Source of the DNA: Candidatus Nanohalarchaeota archaeon
GTDB taxonomy: Archaea; EX4484-52; B79-G9
DNA: 24,364 nt
Reading direction: 5' to 3'
NCBI GenBank assembly: GCA_017610525.1
Contig: JAFCBW010000002.1
Coordinates: 1 to 24,364 of the forward strand
In this document: in pieces, positions 16,939 to 23,363 of the stretch
How positions within the stretch are numbered: the stretch's first letter is position 1
How the letters are laid out: each line of letters begins with the position of its first letter
The notes under the pieces: model-generated
The model's input: the letters and a program-made list of their open reading frames with translations, nothing else
Told to the model about the DNA's origin: nothing
Database searches by the model: none
Position numbers and translations under genes: made by a program

Positions 16939-17457
16939 ATGCCATCAGAGAAACTAACAGAAAGCGACATAAACCGTCTGAAAGGCGTAGTCGGACTAGG
17001 CACAAGCAACCCCGCACCACAGGAAAACCAGACAGGCAAAATCATGCCGACACCTGTAAACGCGCCAAACAGAACACATGTAAACAACCTGATAGAACCA
17101 ACTAAAACACTTAACACAAAATCTAAAACACAGGTAGAAACCGAACTATTCGTAAAAATCGACGAACACACAGAAGTCGCAAGACAACTCTTGGATGCAA
17201 AAAAAGACATAAAATACATAGCAGACACTATTTCTTTAGTGGGAAAAGCAGAAAAACTAAAATCAGAAGCAATCGAAAGGCTCGAATCCCACCTGAACAC
17301 CCTTGACGAAAAACTCGCAGACGTGGAAGGAAAACTAACTGTCCCGGATGGCCTCGAAATACCCAACGAGGGCGTAGACCTCCAGATGTCAAGCGACGTC
17401 TCAAACCTCCACAGGACACTTGAAAACCTGAAAGACGAACTAAGCCACCTTGACTGA
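16939..17457 (+). CDS. Hypothetical protein with a low-complexity N-terminus and coiled-coil C-terminus
   Basis: 172-aa ORF with TTATATAA at 16908-16915, an LFVKIDEH motif and heptad-like helices. Confidence 0.7.
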   Translation: MPSEKLTESDINRLKGVVGLGTSNPAPQENQTGKIMPTPVNAPNRTHVNNLIEPTKTLNTKSKTQVETELFVKIDEHTEVARQLLDAKKDIKYIADTISLVGKAEKLKSEAIERLESHLNTLDEKLADVEGKLTVPDGLEIPNEGVDLQMSSDVSNLHRTLENLKDELSHLD

Positions 17458-17496
17458 TAAAATCACATTTAAAAAAGCCTGTGTATAAGAAATATC

Positions 17497-17823
17497 ATGG
17501 CGCTTTTGTTTGGTGTTACTGTCGGTATTCTTGCCATTGTCGCAATTCTCATAATTTCTGCGCTGCCGCTTTATTTTGCAGTAAAGTTTTTAGGCGGCAA
17601 AGCAACGATTTTTAAAGTGCTCATGGTCAATCTTATTGTCGGCGTCATTGGCGCAGCATTGGATATGCCGATTATCGGATTCGTTCTGCTCTTGTTTGTA
17701 TACAAAGAAGTATTCAAGATGTCATGGCTTTCCGCATTTCTGGCATGGATCTTGCAGTTCATAGTTGCAGGAGCACTTTTATTCCTTGCATCTTTCTTAA
17801 GTCTGGGAGTTGCTATTCTCTGA
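17497..17823 (+). CDS. Small multi-pass membrane protein
   Basis: 108 aa, almost entirely hydrophobic, with TTTAAAAA at 17468-17475. Confidence 0.75.
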   Translation: MALLFGVTVGILAIVAILIISALPLYFAVKFLGGKATIFKVLMVNLIVGVIGAALDMPIIGFVLLLFVYKEVFKMSWLSAFLAWILQFIVAGALLFLASFLSLGVAIL

Positions 17824-17831
17824 GACAACAC

Positions 17832-18275
17832 TCACTTTTCAACCAGCCCGCAAACAACATCAACTGCCCGCAAAACCCCCTTCCTACACGCATCACTCAA
17901 CTCACACCCAAATCCCACAGACTCAGGCTGCACCCCCACAAAAACAACCTCACAATCCGCACTTCGCTCCAGGTACCCAATAAAAAGCGACAACGGCAAC
18001 TGATGCGTAGAATGCAGAAATCCCTTTATCCGGGAAACATCAACAACCTCAACCGCCCCAGGTTCCGCCCCCAGCTCAACAGCATCAACAACAATCACAC
18101 GACACGCCCCAAACCCAACAACCTTATCCAGAAAATTCTCAGGCGCACTCCCGCAATCAACAAAAAGCAACTCCTCACGATCACCAAACTTCTCCCGCAA
18201 CCTGTCAACAACAACAGGACCAACCGCATCATCACCGCGCAGCCTGTTCCCAACCCCGCAAACAACACATTTCAT
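17832..18275 (-). CDS. Hydrogenase maturation endopeptidase (HycI-like)
   Basis: GVGNRLRGDDAVG, DCGSAPEN, IVVDAV, STHQLPL and VGVQP. Start moved to MKCVVCG. Confidence 0.9.
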   Translation of the reverse strand: MKCVVCGVGNRLRGDDAVGPVVVDRLREKFGDREELLFVDCGSAPENFLDKVVGFGACRVIVVDAVELGAEPGAVEVVDVSRIKGFLHSTHQLPLSLFIGYLERSADCEVVFVGVQPESVGFGCELSDACRKGVLRAVDVVCGLVEK

Positions 18276-18294
18276 AAAAAACAAACATCCTGAC

Positions 18295-18678
18295 CTAACA
18301 CAACTTCTTCCCGACCCTTCGCACCGAACAATCAATACCAAGAACCCCTGCAAAAACCATCATCAAAGCCCCGGCAAAAAAACCGACACCAAAAACCAGC
18401 CCAAAAAGCCCAAGAACCGCAAGCATCCTACCCCCGGTCCTCCTGTCCTCATACTCAAACACATACAGCCCGTAAAACGCAAGCACCCCGAAAAGCACCC
18501 ACACAAGCCCAACCACACGAATATACCCAACCACACTCAAAGGCATTAACAAAACATACAAAACAATCCCCGAAACAATAGAAACAACCCCCGCAACACT
18601 GCCAAAAACATGAACATCATCCCCCCTCCGATGAACATGCGCAGTCTCTGCCAAAAAAAACCTCTCCAAAAATCCCAT
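18295..18678 (-). CDS. Hypothetical membrane protein (about 4 TM) with a His-containing N-terminus
   Basis: Hydrophobic segments after AHVHRRGDDVH. It sits 19 nt upstream of the HycI-like gene and follows minus-strand codon bias. Confidence 0.6.
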   Translation of the reverse strand: MGFLERFFLAETAHVHRRGDDVHVFGSVAGVVSIVSGIVLYVLLMPLSVVGYIRVVGLVWVLFGVLAFYGLYVFEYEDRRTGGRMLAVLGLFGLVFGVGFFAGALMMVFAGVLGIDCSVRRVGKKLC

Positions 18679-18701
18679 AACAATAACTTCGCACACACTA
18701 A

Positions 18702-18711
18702 TATATATAAA
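18702..18711. promoter_or_regulatory. Probable bidirectional TATA element
   Basis: TATATATAAA lies 21-23 nt from both divergent starts (18678 and 18733). Confidence 0.55.
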
Positions 18712-18732
18712 TTCTCAAACCAAAAAAACAAT

Positions 18733-19050
18733 ATGCACGAACAATCCGCAGTCCAGACAATAATAGAAACCCTAAAAACAACAAACCCAAAAAAAGCAAA
18801 AATAAAACTAGGCATGATGCGCGGCGAAAAATCAAGAATTCTCGACATATTCAAAAACCAGGTACAAGACACCCCCTTAGAACAAATCAAACTGGAAATA
18901 GAACAAACACCCGTAACCTCAAGATGCCAATGCGGCTTCGAAGGGACAGTAGACATCCCCGGCCACGTCCACTTCATAAGATGCCCTAAATGCAGCAAAA
19001 TAATCGACCCCCTCACAGGAAACGAACTGGAAATAACCACAGAAGAATAA
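18733..19050 (+). CDS. hypA: Hydrogenase nickel incorporation protein HypA
   Basis: N-terminal MHE motif, Zn ligands RCQCG and RCPKC, and C-terminal TGNELEI. Start moved to MHE. Confidence 0.9.
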   Translation: MHEQSAVQTIIETLKTTNPKKAKIKLGMMRGEKSRILDIFKNQVQDTPLEQIKLEIEQTPVTSRCQCGFEGTVDIPGHVHFIRCPKCSKIIDPLTGNELEITTEE

Positions 19051-19104
19051 CCAACCGCCCAGTACTTGTGTCACATGACCACAAATAATTCATACTCTAA
19101 AATC

Positions 19105-19152
19105 GGGTGGGCGGGGGCTCGAGGACGGACTCCACCAAACACAAAGGGGGAA
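19105..19152 (+). repeat. Conserved intergenic G-tract motif, copy B
   Basis: 38/49 identical to 14048-14096. Confidence 0.7.
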
Positions 19153-19219
19153 TAAACAGCACTTTACATTCAACCCAAATAAAACACGAAAAGTAACCTA
19201 AAACAGTAGCAAGACAACT

Positions 19220-19278
19220 CATGTGTGCGCTTGAGCGAAGCGAAACGCACCTAATGATCAACCTTTTACAAGGTTGAT
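19220..19278. repeat. REP-like dispersed element, copy 2, abutting the tRNA-Leu 3' end
   Basis: 9-bp hairpin 19257-19265/19270-19278 (GUAA loop on the minus strand), and a GTGCG/CGCAC stem enclosing GCGAAGC. Confidence 0.7.
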
Positions 19279-19463
19279 GCAGGGGAAGGGATTCGAACCC
19301 TCGAACTCCTACGAGACTGGATTTCTTAAAATCATCGCATACGCGCACGCATGCTCAGCACTCAAAAACTTATTGAATGTATTCTTGAGTCCAGCGCCTC
19401 TAACCCGCAAAAAAACAGGCAAAAAGCCTGCTAAAATACTTTGGCCAGCTGGGCGACCCCTGC
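19278..19463 (-). tRNA. tRNA-Leu(CAA) with two introns: 41 nt at 21/22 (19440-19400) and 61 nt at 37/38 (19383-19323); CCA not encoded
   Basis: Spliced sequence GCAGGGGTCGCCCAGCTGGCCAAAGGCGCTGGACTCAAGATCCAGTCTCGTAGGAGTTCGAGGGTTCGAATCCCTTCCCCTGCA folds as a class II cloverleaf. There is a TATA-like TTTTTAAG at 19492-19499. Confidence 0.92.
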
Positions 19464-19732
19464 AAGTGATAAACTATAATAGACCCAAAACCTTAAAAAT
19501 CATTTGGCTTGTGTGAGGGATATGCATACTATACTCAAGGCATGAAATAATTAGGAGCAAACATCACCCAAAACCAAATTGCCTCAATCTATCCGGGCAA
19601 ACCTTCAGTTTGATGGATCCTAAAATTGCAGAGCAATTTTAAGGATATGGGAATGCACTCTACTCAATTTATTAGTGCATTCACCATACCTCTCACAAAA
19701 ACACCAAAAAAATACCCTGAAGCATCCGCACC

Positions 19733-20107
19733 TTATCTACTGCCAATACCCTTTCGAATAAAGCACAATTCATCCGAACCCAAAACATCTTCCACAAACT
19801 GCTGCGCAGAACCATACCCCCGCAACACTCCTGGAGCTTCAGTGATTAACGCATAAGCAGCCTTCCGCGACAACTCATGATATTCAGTATCAGACAAAAC
19901 CTTTTCAGCGACCCTACGTACTGAAGAATTAATAGTAAGTACTGAAGGCATTTCATTAACTCCAATATAAACAGCAGCACGCAGGACGTCATCAGTATAT
20001 GCCTCTCCATCCCTCCGAAAGACTTCACACCATGACATACCAGGAAGCAAACCCTCCCCTCCAAGAACACAATCACTCAACTCAACTTCAGACACATATC
20101 TACTCAT
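19733..20107 (-). CDS. Hypothetical protein
   Basis: 124-aa ORF with a GAGTGA RBS-like sequence upstream and no recognised motif. Confidence 0.55.
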   Translation of the reverse strand: MSRYVSEVELSDCVLGGEGLLPGMSWCEVFRRDGEAYTDDVLRAAVYIGVNEMPSVLTINSSVRRVAEKVLSDTEYHELSRKAAYALITEAPGVLRGYGSAQQFVEDVLGSDELCFIRKGIGSR

Positions 20108-20181
20108 AACATATCACTCATAACATTTCAAGAGCATTCACAATAACCTGCAAACTCCATGAACCAAACAAGAAGCAACCT

Positions 20182-21006
20182 TTATATTTCTTTGTTTTTT
20201 ACCACCGAACAATGGTATCCTCCCAACTCATCAACCATCGCATACGCATTATGCGCATGAATCGACTCAAAATTCTCACACTCAACCTTAAACCCCGAAA
20301 CCCCCTTCACCTTGCGCAGCTTCAAAACAACCTCACGCACAACATCCTCAACAAACATCGGCTGCGCATACATCTTCTCACACACCGCCTTCTCATCCTC
20401 ACGCTTAAGCAAAGAAAAAACCTCCGAACTGCAAGACCCCTCAACAACCTTGATGACATCCTCAATCCACACAAACCCGCCGCACCGGACACGCACAGTA
20501 ACAACCCCCCTCTGGTTATGCGCCCCATTCCCATTCCCGCAAATCTCCTTAGAACAAGGGCAAAGCGTAGCAACCGGCACCTTAACCTCAATCATAAACA
20601 AAAAATCCCGACAAAAATCACCAAAAAAAGCGCAGTCATACTTCATAACACTCTTCTTGCCCGAAACCGGCGCCACCTTCTCAACAAAATAAGGAAAACC
20701 AACAACAACGTGCGAAGAATCAGCACAAAGCCTCTTGCGCAGCTCAACAAGCATCCTGCGAACAACATCCCCACCAAAAACCTTTCCCTGATACTCATTC
20801 AAAACCTCGATAAACCGAGACATATGCGCACCGCGAAACTCATGCGGCAAATCAACAAAACAATCAACAGACGCAGAAACATGCTGAAACCTATTCACCT
20901 TATCCTTAATCTTAAGCGGCAAAGAAACCCCCCTGACACCGACCTTATCAATACCAACCTCCCTCTTATCACCATACCCTTGCACATCAGCCAGCTTATC
21001 AACCAT
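20182..21006 (-). CDS. folE2: GTP cyclohydrolase IB (FolE2/MptA family)
   Basis: IDKVGV, GAHMSRF, TLCPCSKEI, HNQRG, LLKREDE, FVEDVVR and ESIHAHNA. Start moved to MVDKLADVQ, which has a GAGGTG RBS. Confidence 0.93.
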   Translation of the reverse strand: MVDKLADVQGYGDKREVGIDKVGVRGVSLPLKIKDKVNRFQHVSASVDCFVDLPHEFRGAHMSRFIEVLNEYQGKVFGGDVVRRMLVELRKRLCADSSHVVVGFPYFVEKVAPVSGKKSVMKYDCAFFGDFCRDFLFMIEVKVPVATLCPCSKEICGNGNGAHNQRGVVTVRVRCGGFVWIEDVIKVVEGSCSSEVFSLLKREDEKAVCEKMYAQPMFVEDVVREVVLKLRKVKGVSGFKVECENFESIHAHNAYAMVDELGGYHCSVVKNKEI

Positions 21007-21016
21007 AAAAAACACC

Positions 21017-21559
21017 TCACTTACAATACTCCACCGGATCAGAAACCCCGGCCTCAGCAAAACCTTTAAGCCGAAGCTGGCACGAATCACACCACCCACA
21101 CGCCTTACCGCCAACAGGAGAATAACAGCTATGCGTCAACTCAATCGGCGCCCCCTCCTTAACAGCCCGAAGAACAATCTCCTTCTTAGACATCTTCAAA
21201 AGCGGCGCAGCAATCCTAAACCCACCGCACTTAGTCCCAAGATTCATAACCTTCTCAAAAGCAGAAAGAAACTCACCACGGCAATCCGGATACCCCGAAT
21301 AATCAACAGCATTAACCCCGACAAAAACATCATGCGCACCAACAACCTCAGCCCAGGCAGTAGCAAATCCCAAAAGTATAGCATTCCTAAACGGCACATA
21401 AGTGACAGGAACCCCATCATCAATCTCCCTGTCCTTCGGAACATCAATATCATCAGTAAGCGCAGAACCCCCTATCTGCCGCAAATCAATCTCAACAACC
21501 TTATGGCACATCACCTTAAGCCTTTCAGCAACAGCCAAAAGCACAACACATTTTTTCAT
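21017..21559 (-). CDS. queC: 7-cyano-7-deazaguanine synthase QueC with an internal in-frame deletion of the PP-loop region (possibly inactive)
   Basis: Retains [22 protein letters not shown] and the Zn motif SCY...[15 protein letters not shown] runs straight into AVAERL, with no SGGxDS or FxYGQ. Confidence 0.85.
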   Translation of the reverse strand: MKKCVVLLAVAERLKVMCHKVVEIDLRQIGGSALTDDIDVPKDREIDDGVPVTYVPFRNAILLGFATAWAEVVGAHDVFVGVNAVDYSGYPDCRGEFLSAFEKVMNLGTKCGGFRIAAPLLKMSKKEIVLRAVKEGAPIELTHSCYSPVGGKACGWCDSCQLRLKGFAEAGVSDPVEYCK

Positions 21560-21561
21560 AA

Positions 21562-22236
21562 CTACACACCTCTTTTATTACCCCAGATGACCTTATGCAA
21601 CTGCAAAAGCACCCGCACATCACAATCAACAAGCACCTCGCACCCCATAACCTTACCGCAAAGCCATCCAAGCCTCTTTTGATACTCAGGCATAGAACAC
21701 ATCCCGTCCGGCTGCAAAACAACCTTACCTCTCACAAAAGCCTTATACTTTTCAACAACAGACACCACTTCCAAAAAATCATCATCATCACACACAACAA
21801 ACTTCACCTGCACATTATCTAAATTTAGATAACTCTCAAGCACCCCCTCATCATACCCCTCGCCGCTCGAAGAAAGCTTCGGCGACACAGAATACAAAAA
21901 AACAAACTCATCAAGCCTTTCATCACGCACAGTACAATTAGTCTCAACCGTAACCTTCTTACCGCGCAAAAAAAGCCCCCGGCACAAATCATAGACATCC
22001 TGCAAAAGCGGCTCACCGCCGGTAACGCACACATACCCGCAATTTACCTTAGAAACAACCTCATCCACACTCGTCTCAACACCGGGCGCATCAAGCGCAA
22101 ACTTAGTATCACACCACCGGCACTTCAAATTACACCCCGCAAGCCGGACAAACGTATGAGGCAAGCCCATAAGCTCACCCTCGCCCTGGACAGAATCAAA
22201 AACCTCAACAACCCTAAGCTTACCCTTTGCCATCAT
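21562..22236 (-). CDS. queE: 7-carboxy-7-deazaguanine synthase QueE (radical SAM)
   Basis: [28 protein letters not shown] and QLHK. The start overlaps the queD 3' end. Confidence 0.93.
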   Translation of the reverse strand: MMAKGKLRVVEVFDSVQGEGELMGLPHTFVRLAGCNLKCRWCDTKFALDAPGVETSVDEVVSKVNCGYVCVTGGEPLLQDVYDLCRGLFLRGKKVTVETNCTVRDERLDEFVFLYSVSPKLSSSGEGYDEGVLESYLNLDNVQVKFVVCDDDDFLEVVSVVEKYKAFVRGKVVLQPDGMCSMPEYQKRLGWLCGKVMGCEVLVDCDVRVLLQLHKVIWGNKRGV

Positions 22237-22567
22237 ACTCCACCCACGAATGCACACCCTCCCACAGCCGGACACAACAAAGCGCCGGCAACTCCTTCTT
22301 AACCTCATCAAAAATCCACACAACCATATTCTCAGCCGTGGGATTAGAAAAAACATCATTCAGATTGGCATGATCCAGCTTATCAACAACAACCCTATTA
22401 ACAACTTTCTTGACATGCGAAAAATCAACAACCATACCGCTCTTGCCAACCTTTCCGGAAACAACAACCTCAAGCTTGTAAGTATGCCCATGCAGGTTGG
22501 CGCACTTGCCATCATACCCCGACAGAAAATGCGCAGCATCAAAATAAAACTCACGACAAATCCTCAT
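22220..22567 (-). CDS. queD: 6-carboxy-5,6,7,8-tetrahydropterin synthase QueD
   Basis: FDAAH, CANLHGHTY, LDH..LN, PTAEN and LWE. Confidence 0.95.
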   Translation of the reverse strand: MRICREFYFDAAHFLSGYDGKCANLHGHTYKLEVVVSGKVGKSGMVVDFSHVKKVVNRVVVDKLDHANLNDVFSNPTAENMVVWIFDEVKKELPALCCVRLWEGVHSWVEYDGKG

Positions 22568-23037
22568 GCTTCACCACCCCGCGAAAACTCACAAGCCTCA
22601 TAAGGCATGACAATCCACTCACGCCCAACCTCAGACGCGCAAAAATCAACATCAATCGCGCACCCTTCCTTCCTGAAAACCGCAGCAGTCAAGACATTCA
22701 GCCCCAACTCATCCTCAAAAAAACTCTTAACAGCCATAAACGTACCGCCATGATCAGCAATATCATCCACAATCAAGACCTTCCGACCGACATCACCGAC
22801 AATCGATACCCTCTCATCCACAACAACCTTGCCCCCACTATTCACCTTCCCGACATCATAAGACCTCGCACTGATAACACCCAAAGGCAGCCCTAAAGCA
22901 TCAGAAAGCATCCTTCCGACAACAAGCCCGCCCCTGTTGATACACACAACAGAATCAAAATCCTTATCCTTCAGCTTACCAGAAAGCGCATGCGTAAGCT
23001 CAAAAAACTCATCCCACGAAACCTTAATCATATTCAT
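22564..23037 (-). CDS. Type I purine phosphoribosyltransferase (Gpt/HGPRT-like)
   Basis: INRGG, PRPP loop VLIVDDIADHGGT and C-terminal WIVMPYE. ATGA overlaps with both neighbours. Confidence 0.88.
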   Translation of the reverse strand: MNMIKVSWDEFFELTHALSGKLKDKDFDSVVCINRGGLVVGRMLSDALGLPLGVISARSYDVGKVNSGGKVVVDERVSIVGDVGRKVLIVDDIADHGGTFMAVKSFFEDELGLNVLTAAVFRKEGCAIDVDFCASEVGREWIVMPYEACEFSRGGEA

Positions 23038-23207
23038 CCACCTTCAATTCTCCCATGCCGCCTGTCAACCTCATCAAACTGGTCAAGCATCTTACGAAGC
23101 GCAGTCCTCACGGCATCCGAAAAATTAACAAATTTTTTGTCATCCCCCACATGCGCACGCACATCATCCACAATCTCCTGCGGAATCTCAACACAAACCT
23201 TCGCCAT
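23034..23207 (-). CDS. Ribbon-helix-helix (CopG/MetJ/Arc-like) transcriptional regulator
   Basis: Beta strand KVCVEIP, then a helix, then NFSDAVRTALR. GGGTGA RBS favours 23207, with 23222 as the alternative. Confidence 0.8.
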   Translation of the reverse strand: MAKVCVEIPQEIVDDVRAHVGDDKKFVNFSDAVRTALRKMLDQFDEVDRRHGRIEGG

Positions 23208-23295
23208 CACATCACCCTGCATACATCAAAATTAACAATTAACCATTACATCCAAAAACGAAATATTCTCCCAGCCATACTACAAGAATACCCCG

Positions 23296-23320
23296 ATAAT
23301 ATTATAAACTTTTCGAAAAG
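23296..23320 (-). promoter_or_regulatory. BRE/TATA promoter of the RHH-que operon, overlapped by two palindromes
   Basis: The minus strand reads GAAAAG-TTTATAAT. Perfect palindromes CTTTTCGAAAAG (23309-23320) and ATAATATTAT (23296-23305). Confidence 0.6.
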
Positions 23321-23363
23321 AAGAAATCCCATTCCCTATCTGGAATCACAGATATCCCGCTCA

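Noticed and set aside
19131-19150. ORB-like TCCACCAAACACAAAGGGGG
   Set aside because: Spacing and the GAAA core do not fit ORB consensus, copy A fits worse, and the skew does not switch. It is kept only as part of the G-tract motif.
19100-19250. RNase P RNA, SRP RNA or a tRNA 3' fragment (att site)
   Set aside because: CCGCCCACC and TCGAG are only short matches. The P4 GAGGAA signature, SRP helix 8 and a T-arm are missing, and there is no integrase.
19317-19394. Alternative splicing giving a Leu(UAA) tRNA from the TAAG at the intron end
   Set aside because: TAAGAAATCCAG has two extra A residues relative to a 7-nt loop, and no BHB supports the required cut sites.
19097-19516. ORFs 19097-19348 and 19274-19516
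   Set aside because: They overlap the tRNA-Leu gene and repeat elements and have no protein features.
21525-21722. Frameshifted exon supplying the missing QueC N-terminus
   Set aside because: The ORF lies within queE and contains no SGGxDS or YGQ motif.
23223-23290. preQ1 or purine riboswitch in the que operon leader
   Set aside because: Only a weak hairpin is present, with no preQ1 loop signature and no A-rich tail.
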